Made by a program: the position numbers and the translations under genes. From Bacteroidia bacterium (lineage in GTDB: Bacteria > Bacteroidota > Bacteroidia > NS11-12g > UBA9320), in assembly GCA_965216465.1 (NCBI GenBank), contig CBDCFW010000006.1, positions 896,001-960,000 of the forward strand: a stretch of DNA of 64,000 nucleotides, in the 5' to 3' direction. Positions 28,678 to 38,191 of this stretch are shown in pieces. Below the pieces are notes generated by a model. That model saw only the letters and a program-made list of their open reading frames with translations, did not search any database and had not been told where the DNA came from. Position 1 is the first letter of the stretch; each line of letters starts with the position of its first letter.

Positions 28678-30322
28678 ATGGGTTTATTCCAAGTTCGTCT
28701 AAACCTTGTTTGAATACTACATCAACAGGGATGTTTTCATTTTGCAAGCGATCGAGATCACTTTGCAAAACAGCTCCAATATCTCCATCTTTAGCCATTA
28801 ATGCCTCAACACCGGCCTTGTCGCCATCGCCTTGAAGCTTCAAAATAATTTCAGATAGACCAGCAATTGCCTTTTTCATGTTGTCCATGTTCACAGCATA
28901 CTCTCCATCATCATTGCGGGGTAAACGCCTCTTGCTGCTGGAAGTAGTTAAATCTCAACATGTTGGCCTTTCCATGTGCACTACTAGCACCGAAACGGAC
29001 AGATCTAAATATACCAGCCATGAATGTTACATAATAATCTTCCAATTCACCTTCTTCAAGTACGCCTTGCTCTTTTAATTGAGTAACCATGTAAAGACCA
29101 AGTATATCAGCTTTTCCTTCTTCTAAAGCACTGTATTGATCTCCTAGAGCTTCTCTTACCAAACCATTACCATTGATAGTGGTTTTGATTCCCAAACCAT
29201 GGGCTACTTCATGAAACATGGTATTGCTAAAAAACGCGTTAAAAGTGATGTGTTTTCGTTGCTCTTCAACAATAAGAATTTCTGAAATAGGAAGTAATAT
29301 ATGGTCAAATTTGGCCTTCATGGCGTTTTTTAATTGACTTCTTCTTGTTCCATATTCTACTTGAATTGCCTCATCGTTCGGCAGGTTAACAGCAATGGTC
29401 TTACTACCTGCATTGCAATCTCCAGCAGCATAGAAAATTACATCCGTACGCATTTAGTTGAGCAGCATCGCTATTTGGAGTTTTCTTGTTTGTATGCTTC
29501 ATCGACAGGTAGGTTAGCTTGCAATTCTGGCAGGTAAGAAATATACTTTTCTAGCTTCTTACTCCATGCTTTATCTTTAACCAAAATATAAGCTTCATAC
29601 GCCGTTCTGTAATTGTAAAGCTTGTCTTCATAATGTTCTATGGGACCAATAATGACATCAAGAGTATTATTTCTCATGTTGATCCAGGCAATGTCACTTT
29701 CATCAAATTGATCAGTTAAAAGGGCTTCTGCTCTTAGAACCAAATAATTTTTTAATTCTGGATCTTCACAAATATCTGCTGCAGCCTGCAGGTGATCTGC
29801 AGCTTTGGTTAACTCATCTTTGAAATACTCATGATAAGGAATGGTATGAATCTTTCCCATTTCATCTCTTCTAACCATAGAATAAAGACCTTTTTCATCA
29901 GGAAGACCGAGTTCTTCAAATTCTTCTTTGGTCATATCAGCAGGATAGATATTTGATCCTTTAGGCTTTTCTTCAACATTATCTAGAAACCGGTGCATCG
30001 CCGTTCAATCGGTCCCAAGGTCCGTAGTTAATTTCAGCAAAGTCTCGCAATTCTGGATTATGAATGGTTGCGAGCAACTCTTTTTTATCACCATATGCTT
30101 GCTTCCAAAAAAGCTCATTCATGATATCAGCTGCGGCAAACAGATGAAGGTAACATTTTGAATTTCACTTTCGCTTAATGCAGAAAGATCAGTGGTTAAT
30201 TGTACTGGGATGTAAGAAGTTAGCGAGCTCATATCGGCATTGTAATATTCGTCGTCAGCAACTTGATTACAAGATGCAACTACTAGTAAAAGTAAAACTA
30301 AAAATGAAGAATACTTGGTCAT
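28676..30322 (-). pseudogene. lipoprotein Zn-peptidase (M49/DPP III-like), split by six +1 insertions (probable sequencing error)
   Basis: fragments join into one protein: lipobox VASC, NYGPWDRL, IGPIE.YED, NLPND, HEVAHGLG, EEGKAD, RSVRFG. Confidence 0.8.
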
Positions 30323-30424
30323 AATACTGCGATATTAACGAATATTTATTGTTTTTACTCTTTGATAGTGAATTAGTTATGTAAAAAAATTAAATTCGCG
30401 CTCCCATAAACAAACCATTTTAAA

Positions 30425-30719
30425 ATGTTTGGATTAAATAAGATTAAGGAAGCTAAACAAAAGGCAGAAGAGATGAAAATTAAACTGGCTGCCATGAATT
30501 TTAAAGGAGAATCACTGAACGGTTATGGTTACCATTCAATGCACCGGACGGAGAAAAACTTTCACTCGTTGGAAATTAACGATAGCATATTTAAAATTCG
30601 TCCAAGAGAAGATGTTCAACAAATGATTCTGGGAAGCTATAAAAGAGGCCCAAGAAAAAGCAGATCAGGCGATTAAGACTGAAATGGCTGAAATCATGCC
30701 GAATATTCCTGGATTATAG
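30425..30719 (+). pseudogene. YbaB/EbfC nucleoid-associated protein, frameshifted
   Basis: MFGLNKIKEAKQKAEEM..GES.NGMVTI..LEIND..EAIKEAQEKA..MPNIPGL after removing inserted bases. Confidence 0.7.
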
Positions 30720-31060
30720 TTTTAGCTCTTCCGAGGGGTCCCAAAAGTGGTCAGAAAAGTTTACAACCTGATTATCTTTTACTTCGATTCCCTCTTGTTT
30801 TAACAAATCTTCCATCATGGTCGGTGTCGAAAACTGAGCCTTAGCTGTGAGTAGACCGTTGCGATTCACCACACGATGAGCAGGAAGAGGGAGGGTCAAC
30901 GCGATAAGCATTGTTCATGGCCCATCCCACCATTCTTGCAGACTTAGCCGCACCGAGATACTTGCCAATAGCTCCATACGAGGTTACTCTGCCTTCAGGA
31001 ATTTAATCGGGCAACTTGATAAACCATTTCGAAAAATGAATCGTTATTGTTTTTAGGCAT
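30714..31060 (-). pseudogene. MGMT-family alkyltransferase-like protein, frameshifted
   Basis: IPEGRVTSYGAI, ARMVGWAM and PAHRVVN (no catalytic Cys) across two +1 insertions. Confidence 0.8.
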
Positions 31061-31162
31061 AGTATTTGAGCGTTAACTGTTAATCTTGCAAGCAACGTAT
31101 CTAAACAATGATGCATCTTTGCATATAATTATATTTGTACAAAATAAATAATCAAGATATAG

Positions 31163-32611
31163 ATGATAAAACATTTGTTCCTTCTAATTGGCTTTTTTAC
31201 TTTAAATTTTGCTTCCGCACAGACCTATGATATTGCCGTAAAAATTAACGGACTGTCATGCGAAAGTGAGCTCCTGCTTGCAAACCACTTTGCTGATAAG
31301 CAATACTTAAGAGATACTTCTGAATGTATTGACGGAGTATTTCATTTTAGAGGAAATAAAACTTTAGAGAGTGGGGTGTACCTTGTGGTACTCCCCGATA
31401 AAAACTACTTCGAATTTCTAGTATCTCGCGATGAAAACCAGAATAACTACTATTTCGAAGCAGATACATTCTTAAGTGTAAAAACGATGGTTACCAGGGG
31501 TTCAAGAGAAAATGAGCTTTTTCATAACTTTAACCTTTTTGCCGCCGATAAAGGACGAAGAGCTGGGGAAATTCAAACCAAGCTCAAAGACCCTGAGACT
31601 TCAGATGACGACAAGAAAAAGTTAGGTGAAGAGCTTCGTGGAATCGCAAGTGAAGTTGCGATTGAGCGAAATAAAATAGCTGAAGAAAACCCGAACATGT
31701 TCATTGGTCGATTGTACAAGTCAATGGAAGATGTTGCCCTCGCTGATGTTCCAGAAACAGTGAACGAAGAAGATGAGCAAACGTACAGATATTTATGGAA
31801 TAGAAATCACTATTGGGACAACGTAAATTTGGGTGAAGATGGGTTAGTAAGATCCCCAGTGTTTCATAACAAGCTTAAGTATTTCGTCGACAATTTTATG
31901 CCTCCATTGCCTGATACTGCCATAATGATTACAGATTGGTTAATCAACAAAATTGAGGCTGCAGGCAGCGATGCACAGTATAAGTATACGGTGCAATATC
32001 TAACGAATTACTTCCAAGAATCAAAGTATATGTGTTTTGATAAGCCTTTGCACCACATGGCTAAGAATTACTATTGTGCAGGCAAGGCCACTTGGTCAGA
32101 TACAGCACACATCAACAAAATGTGTAATGAAAGTGCTAAAATGGAACCTACACTTTGTGGTATTGTAGCCCCAGACATGAATATGCCTGACAGTACTTTT
32201 ACCAAAAGAATACGCATGTCGCAAATTTCAACCCCAGTTACGGTGGTAATTCTTTGGGATATTGATTGTGGGCATTGTAAAAAAGAAATGCCTATTGTTA
32301 AGCAGTACTACGATAGTGCAAACAAAGAGCACGTTGAAATTTACGCTGTTTATACCCAAGGAAACTGGGAAGGATGGAAGAAACGAATTCGTGAAGACGA
32401 CTTTAAGTTTATTAATGTAGCCAATGCATTCGGCGAAGACGATTTCAGAAAAGACTACAACTTGAGAAGTACTCCGCAGATTTATGTTCTTGATAAGGAC
32501 AAAGTGATTAAGTTCAAAAAGATTGGAGCTAAAGACATCAAGAGTACCGTTCAATACCTTCTAGAGGAGCAAGGAATAGTTGAAAAGCAAGAGGAAGAAA
32601 GCACTCCGTAG
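31163..32611 (+). CDS. periplasmic TlpA-like thioredoxin protein (DUF5106-type)
   Basis: signal peptide, HYWDNV, APD, WDIDCGHCKK, TPQIYVLD. Confidence 0.8.
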   Translation: MIKHLFLLIGFFTLNFASAQTYDIAVKINGLSCESELLLANHFADKQYLRDTSECIDGVFHFRGNKTLESGVYLVVLPDKNYFEFLVSRDENQNNYYFEADTFLSVKTMVTRGSRENELFHNFNLFAADKGRRAGEIQTKLKDPETSDDDKKKLGEELRGIASEVAIERNKIAEENPNMFIGRLYKSMEDVALADVPETVNEEDEQTYRYLWNRNHYWDNVNLGEDGLVRSPVFHNKLKYFVDNFMPPLPDTAIMITDWLINKIEAAGSDAQYKYTVQYLTNYFQESKYMCFDKPLHHMAKNYYCAGKATWSDTAHINKMCNESAKMEPTLCGIVAPDMNMPDSTFTKRIRMSQISTPVTVVILWDIDCGHCKKEMPIVKQYYDSANKEHVEIYAVYTQGNWEGWKKRIREDDFKFINVANAFGEDDFRKDYNLRSTPQIYVLDKDKVIKFKKIGAKDIKSTVQYLLEEQGIVEKQEEESTP

Positions 32612-32618
32612 ATAGCAT

Positions 32619-33251
32619 TTACTTGTCCGTTATATCACGATAAAGTTCACCAACGAGTACAGCCAATCCCAGGTTGTAATACGGTGAGCTAAGTTTAGAG
32701 ACTTCACCATTTCCTAACGAAATCCGGTATCCTACTCCACCTTTTAGGCCAAGCCAATTTAAAATTTCAAAGTAGGCGTTGGTCCCAAATTCAACAGGAA
32801 TAACTAGATTATTGGTTTGTTTTAGCAATCTGTTGTCTCCAACATAATCGAGATAAACTCCTCCAAAACCTGCTTGAACAGGAAGGCTTAAACTCAGTCG
32901 ATTGCGATTAAAGTAAGTGTATTCCATTGCGAAGCTTAAGTTGTTTGTACTCAAACTTCGGTATACCGTGTCAATGTTAAATTCAGGATCATTGATTAGT
33001 ACTGTTCTGTTTTGTCCTCCAAATCCATAGAGCCCGAGATAGATTTTAACTTTTCGATTATAATCTAATCCCCCAACAATTCCATATAATTTAGTTTGGT
33101 CTGAGCGTATAAAGGTATTTCGATTGTGAAAGCCTACAAACACACGTGGCTTACTCTGCATCGCAAGATTAATGGAGTCTTTAAGATTAAAATCTTGTGC
33201 CTTGGAGGCAAATGCTAAGCAGAACAATAAGAGTATAGAAAATCCTCTCAC
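32619..33251 (-). CDS. hypothetical outer-membrane beta-barrel protein
   Basis: signal peptide; amphipathic strands (GGVGYR). Confidence 0.6.
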   Translation of the reverse strand: MRGFSILLLFCLAFASKAQDFNLKDSINLAMQSKPRVFVGFHNRNTFIRSDQTKLYGIVGGLDYNRKVKIYLGLYGFGGQNRTVLINDPEFNIDTVYRSLSTNNLSFAMEYTYFNRNRLSLSLPVQAGFGGVYLDYVGDNRLLKQTNNLVIPVEFGTNAYFEILNWLGLKGGVGYRISLGNGEVSKLSSPYYNLGLAVLVGELYRDITDK

Positions 33252-33295
33252 AACTCAGCAAAGGAATAGTAACAAAGTGAAGAGCAATAATTTAG

Positions 33296-33877
33296 TTATC
33301 CAACAAATAACAATTTGGCATTACTACTGAACAGTTTCACGGCAATGGCCAATAGAATAATTCCGAATACTTTCTTTAAAACGCGGTTTCCTACGGGCCC
33401 TAATATGCGTTCTATAAAGTTAAGCGAGCGTAGCACAGCATAGATAACAATCATGTTCAATACAATGGCAATTACAATGTTTAAAGAGTTGTATTCAGCT
33501 CGAATTGAAAGAATCGTTGTTAATGAACCAGCACCCGCCAATAATGGAAATGCTAAAGGAACTATTGATGCGGTTGCGGTGTCGGCATCATCGTCTTTGA
33601 AAATGGTGATACCAAGCAGCATTTCAAATGCAATAAAGGCCATTAAAATGCTACCCGCAACGGCAAATGCTTTGATGTCAACACCAATTACTCTTAGCAT
33701 GCTTTCTCCTAGAAAGAGAAAAGAAATCATAATAACGCCAGTAACTACCGTTGCTAGAACTGGGCGAATATGGCCTACTTTTTCCTTGATAGAAATAATC
33801 AACGGTACAGCACCGATGATATCGATTACAGCGAATAATACCAAGAAGGCTGAAAATATTTGACTGAAGTCGAGCAT
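33296..33877 (-). CDS. marC: MarC family membrane protein
   Basis: IVPLAFPLLAGAGS and FGIILLAIAV motifs. Confidence 0.88.
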   Translation of the reverse strand: MLDFSQIFSAFLVLFAVIDIIGAVPLIISIKEKVGHIRPVLATVVTGVIMISFLFLGESMLRVIGVDIKAFAVAGSILMAFIAFEMLLGITIFKDDDADTATASIVPLAFPLLAGAGSLTTILSIRAEYNSLNIVIAIVLNMIVIYAVLRSLNFIERILGPVGNRVLKKVFGIILLAIAVKLFSSNAKLLFVG

Positions 33878-33911
33878 CTTTTTTTGTGCAAAGGTGCTCT
33901 TAAATTTTGGT

Positions 33912-34400
33912 TTATGCTACTGGTTTAAATCCTTCGAAAGCTTGCTTACAATTGTTGCAGTAATGAAGACTCCTACAAAGCGTAGGTCCAAACGGACTTT
34001 TGAGCGTGGTATCTTCACTATCGCAATAGGGGCATTTTGTGCTTTCCAAAAGCTCCATAGTAATGCTGGAGCAATTGCGTTTTGGAGGAGCTAAACCGTG
34101 TTTCTTAATGGCCTCATGACCTTCTGGAGTAATTAAATCAGTAGTCCATGTAGTTTCGAAACTGGTCTCTACAGTTACTTCATCTATTTCAGTTACAGTA
34201 TTAAGATGATTAACCACCATGTCTTCCATCAGTTTTAAGGCTGGGCAGCCTGCAAATGTTGGAGTAAGTGTTACATGAACTTTATTATTTTCTAATATAT
34301 CAATGCCTGTAACGATACCTAAATCAACAATTGATATTGTCGGGATTTCCGGATCTTTTACGTTTTTTAATTCTGTTCTTACTTCTTCTGCGGTTAACAT
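33912..34400 (-). CDS. paaD: phenylacetyl-CoA epoxidase subunit D
   Basis: VKDPEIP, TPTFAGCPA, WTTD, CPYC, FGPTLCRS..YC..C..FE.FK. Confidence 0.92.
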   Translation of the reverse strand: MLTAEEVRTELKNVKDPEIPTISIVDLGIVTGIDILENNKVHVTLTPTFAGCPALKLMEDMVVNHLNTVTEIDEVTVETSFETTWTTDLITPEGHEAIKKHGLAPPKRNCSSITMELLESTKCPYCDSEDTTLKSPFGPTLCRSLHYCNNCKQAFEGFKPVA

Positions 34401-34402
34401 AT

Positions 34403-35581
34403 TTAAAAAGGGTCTGACCACTTGGCGTTGGTGTACATATCGCTCCCACTTAGTGTGGTTATGAATTGTACTAACGCCGAAATTTCGTCTTGAGTTAAAT
34501 TTAAATCTTGCGGAATATTATTTGGTCTTAAACGGGGATCAAGACCTTGTGAAATTCTTGGGATGTTATTATAGTGAGCAACTACTCCTCGTATAGCTCC
34601 AAAGCCACCGGTGTGCATCAATGGACCATTAAGCGAGCCATCGGCACGAACCACATCACGCAATGATGGTGATCGGGTTACATCGAAATCTGGACCTCCA
34701 TTTATACTTCCAATTACACCATTATGTCCGGAGTTTGGATCAATATCAAATTCTGGTGGACGGTGACAACCTGCACAGCCAAGTCCACCTCCAGTTCGAA
34801 CACCATCTTGATCAAACTGTGGACGACCAATGAACAACATTTTACCGGTATTCTCCGTCTGTGTAAAGTTCTGAAAAGGTGCAGCAATATTTGGAGCAGA
34901 GGCCATTCCAACATCAAATTTTGAATCAAATGATTGAATGCTTCTTATGAATTGAGATAAGGCTAATTGCATCTTACTTTCAGATATCTCTTCATTGCCA
35001 AAGGCAAGAGTAAATAATTCTTTGTAGTAGTCCAGGCCTGCAAGTTTATCAATGAGGTCTTCAATATCTGGATCGCCATTCTCTCCACTAAAACCCATTT
35101 CAGCGTGATCCTGAATAGGCATGGTGGTCTGTTCTTCAAGGGTGTTTGCACGTTCATCCCAAAAGAATCTAGTTTCTTCTGAAAAACGGGCATTTACCAA
35201 ACGCATAGAGTGTCTGCCTGTCGTTCCATTAACTCCTACACTTGCTCGAGCAGTATCACTGAAGGCAAATTGTTGCTGATGACAGCTAGCGCATGCAATG
35301 GTATTGTCTACTGATAATGCTTTATCGTAGAAAAGTACTCTTCCTAGAATTGCACCTTCATTCGAGATAGAATTAAAGGTGACGTTGTCTCTGTTTATAT
35401 AATTAGGTATGCTTTGATCAGCATAGTTAGGGAGGTTATCTACATCAAATGCAGAACCGAACATAGCTCGAATAGCAGGGTATGTTTCAGTATCTCCAAC
35501 AGGAGGGTCAACCTCTTTACAAGAGAAAACTACGACCGAAATAACGGCCAAAATCGGAAGGAATACTTTTAATCGTGTCAT
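34403..35581 (-). CDS. di-haem cytochrome c peroxidase family lipoprotein (MauG/MbnH-like)
   Basis: lipobox FSC, LGRVLFYD, CASCH, FFWDER, CAGCH, SPSLR, PLMHTG. Confidence 0.88.
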   Translation of the reverse strand: MTRLKVFLPILAVISVVVFSCKEVDPPVGDTETYPAIRAMFGSAFDVDNLPNYADQSIPNYINRDNVTFNSISNEGAILGRVLFYDKALSVDNTIACASCHQQQFAFSDTARASVGVNGTTGRHSMRLVNARFSEETRFFWDERANTLEEQTTMPIQDHAEMGFSGENGDPDIEDLIDKLAGLDYYKELFTLAFGNEEISESKMQLALSQFIRSIQSFDSKFDVGMASAPNIAAPFQNFTQTENTGKMLFIGRPQFDQDGVRTGGGLGCAGCHRPPEFDIDPNSGHNGVIGSINGGPDFDVTRSPSLRDVVRADGSLNGPLMHTGGFGAIRGVVAHYNNIPRISQGLDPRLRPNNIPQDLNLTQDEISALVQFITTLSGSDMYTNAKWSDPF

Positions 35582-35650
35582 AAGCGCTTTTCTAATTTGA
35601 CATTCAAAAGCACCATTTTATTTCATTGGGTTTTGAATTTGACACTCAGC

Positions 35651-36409
35651 TTACCAATCCGCATTCGGATCGATGGCATATACTTCGGTCATTTCGCTCA
35701 ACAATGGCTGTAAATGTTTGGTGTGTTCACCGTATCTGCCTCCACTGCAAGGGTCCCAGGTGGATTCATCAGGAACAACAAGACCTGATTTTTCCAAAAG
35801 AGGAATAACTGCATTTAGCCACTTCTCTTTCAAAGCTTTTTCACCTATAAATATTCCTTCTGAAATTAGAATATCTTCAGCAGGACCTTCTTCAAACATA
35901 CCTAGAGCAATGTTCCAATATTTGTCTACAACGGCCTGCATTCTTGCTTTGCTTTCTTTGTTGCCTGTAGCCAACTGATATACCCATGTGTTAGCATGCA
36001 TGGTGTGATATTTAATCTCTCCCTTAAACTTTTTAGCAACCATGGCCAAAGGTTCATATGAAGAACTTGCTAAAGCTTCGAAACGAAACAGTTCGGCAAA
36101 GTCGAAAAAGAAATGACGAATAAGACTAAAATCATACTCCCCAATAGGAAGTTCAACGAGGTGACAATTATGAAATTGAGGAGCGTTTCGGGTAAATGCA
36201 ACCGTATCCGCATCTGCTTCTCCCAATTGATTTAAGAGATTATACAAATGTTCGCTTTGACCAATTTTATCTTGAGCCATGCTCGAAAAGGCAATGTCCT
36301 CTTCTAATACAGGTCCAATTCCAGTCCATTCACTATTTCTGTGACCAATTATAAGTTGATCATCAGCCATTTTATAGAGTAGTTCTTTTAATGCTTCTAT
36401 ACTATTCAT
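35651..36409 (-). CDS. paaC: phenylacetyl-CoA epoxidase subunit C
   Basis: ADDQLIIGHRNSEW, LEEDIA, EIKYH, GEHTKHL..LL.EM. Confidence 0.93.
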   Translation of the reverse strand: MNSIEALKELLYKMADDQLIIGHRNSEWTGIGPVLEEDIAFSSMAQDKIGQSEHLYNLLNQLGEADADTVAFTRNAPQFHNCHLVELPIGEYDFSLIRHFFFDFAELFRFEALASSSYEPLAMVAKKFKGEIKYHTMHANTWVYQLATGNKESKARMQAVVDKYWNIALGMFEEGPAEDILISEGIFIGEKALKEKWLNAVIPLLEKSGLVVPDESTWDPCSGGRYGEHTKHLQPLLSEMTEVYAIDPNADW

Positions 36410-36437
36410 TTTGTTCTATTTATTGATTTGAGAAAGC

Positions 36438-36839
36438 TTACTCATCGGTAGCTTTCATTCCTCTTTCTTTAAAATCTTTAATACGATCCATTACTTTATA
36501 CGCGGCTGGATCTCTGTAGTCTTTAGTTGGTGCAGTGGTGAAAATATCGTCATCCATGTACTCAGTAGCGGCCACACAATTACTAGGAACTACCCATAAG
36601 TTAGCTGTAACCTCTCTTCTGGCATACTGCTCTTTTGCATACAATAATGCCATATCTGCATTTGGAGCATGTACAATTCCGACATGTACATGTTGTGCAC
36701 CTCTTTTCTTTTGATGAAAAACTTCAAAGGTTTGAAATTGATCCATGGTTTGAAGTGGATCAATGTTTGAATAATCCAGTTTTGCTCGTGTAATTCTAGG
36801 GTCTAACGACTCTATTGTTTCATTACTTTGGTTGTCCAT
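36438..36839 (-). CDS. paaB: phenylacetyl-CoA epoxidase subunit B
   Basis: FEVF, HVHVGIVHAP, AL.YAKEQY.RR, LWVV, K.YR. Confidence 0.88.
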   Translation of the reverse strand: MDNQSNETIESLDPRITRAKLDYSNIDPLQTMDQFQTFEVFHQKKRGAQHVHVGIVHAPNADMALLYAKEQYARREVTANLWVVPSNCVAATEYMDDDIFTTAPTKDYRDPAAYKVMDRIKDFKERGMKATDE

Positions 36840-38191
36840 TGATTTGTTTTTGAAATAAATTTTAGATAATACATACCACTTGGATTGTGGCTTAAATCAA
36901 TTGCGTTTTGTCCCGCAAAAATTTCTTTTGTTGTTATATGTTGTCCTAAACTATTACTGATATATAAAGTCGCGTTTTCTTGAATTAGCACATGCACTTT
37001 ATCGGCAGCAGGATTAGGGTAAATATAGGTCTCAGCTAGCGGCTCTTCTACGTATACAGAATGAGGTTTTAGTACAAGTTCAAGTCCATCTAAATAAAGA
37101 GCAGTGTTTGCACCTTCAATTGAATCGGTAAATGAAGAGTATACTAAGATTGATGCACTGTCTGGGTCAACACTTGCCGAATAAGTTAAAGGCATGGTAA
37201 AGAAGGTCCAATCTTCGGCTTCAGGCAGGTAAATGTCGTTCGTCGATCTTGATTGTGTGCCCTTAAATGTTCTTACTCTAATTCTCGCTGTATCCTCACC
37301 ATCAGGATGATATTTGTAATATCCTTGTAGATATTTAAATGTATCTGCCATGGCGAAAATGGGTCTATTCCAATCTCCACTTTCTGAGCCGGTGTAGTGG
37401 TAGCTGTATCTTGCCCTACCACTATAGTAATTCATAAGTTTTAGTGCATTGTCTCCTATAAAAGCATCTTCGGTAATTCGTGCAGCCGTACGATTTGACG
37501 CTACAAATGAAGTGTATAGGTCATAATATAGTAGGTCAAATGTCTCCCAACCTGTTGGGTATTCTACACCAATATTCGTCCAATTTTCAAAATCAGCATT
37601 GGTAAATTCTCCTGTTCGTTCGCCAATTTTATCAAAATGAATATCGTCGAAAATTACATAGCCATCAGCGTCTACCTTAGAATCAGTGTAAGAATAAAGA
37701 TATAACCATACACTGTCAGGAGTTCGTGAACTGTACCAAGTAATTGGTATGCTATAGCGAACAAAGGTGTCTGCAGTGCTTCCTGAAAATCGAAAATCAA
37801 CTACACCTTTTGTAGCTCCATTTTCACGAAAAACAGCATAAATTCTGGCTTGGTCGCCGTCTGCAATATCGTGCTTGCTCCAGAAAACTAAACTGAGAGG
37901 ATCGCCATCATACGCAAAACCATTTAGTTGGTCAAGGTTGCTGTAGTCTATATTTCGAATGTAGCTCGTATAACCATTAGCTCCCTCTCTGTAAGTGTTA
38001 TCTAAACGAAGGGCATAATTACCAACTTTGGCATCGGTTGTACGAGTGACATTTCGAGTTGGTGAAAACCAGTTGTCTAGCTTGTAGTGATCTCTCATTT
38101 CCCAGCTTTCAAAACTCCCATTTGGAATATTCTGAGCAGGTAAGTCAAGTACTAAAAAAAGAACGATTAAGTATAGTACAAGTTTCTTCAT
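36812..38191 (-). CDS. T9SS-secreted protein with two PCMD-like beta-sandwich modules
   Basis: NGSFESW and NADFENW repeats, LQGYYKY, PDS, IYPNP..GMYYL CTD. Confidence 0.75.
   Translation of the reverse strand: MKKLVLYLIVLFLVLDLPAQNIPNGSFESWEMRDHYKLDNWFSPTRNVTRTTDAKVGNYALRLDNTYREGANGYTSYIRNIDYSNLDQLNGFAYDGDPLSLVFWSKHDIADGDQARIYAVFRENGATKGVVDFRFSGSTADTFVRYSIPITWYSSRTPDSVWLYLYSYTDSKVDADGYVIFDDIHFDKIGERTGEFTNADFENWTNIGVEYPTGWETFDLLYYDLYTSFVASNRTAARITEDAFIGDNALKLMNYYSGRARYSYHYTGSESGDWNRPIFAMADTFKYLQGYYKYHPDGEDTARIRVRTFKGTQSRSTNDIYLPEAEDWTFFTMPLTYSASVDPDSASILVYSSFTDSIEGANTALYLDGLELVLKPHSVYVEEPLAETYIYPNPAADKVHVLIQENATLYISNSLGQHITTKEIFAGQNAIDLSHNPSGMYYLKFISKTNQWTTKVMKQ

Noticed and set aside
28676-31060. 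programmed frameshifting or genuine pseudogene island
   Set aside because: There are too many shifts, all are insertions, they affect unrelated genes on both strands, and no slippery-site pattern is evident; sequencing error is more parsimonious.
31091-31120. third copy of the ECF promoter (AGCAACG-N16-CATCTTT) before the TlpA-like gene
   Set aside because: Both boxes match only partially, and a normal TAnnTTTG box lies just downstream.
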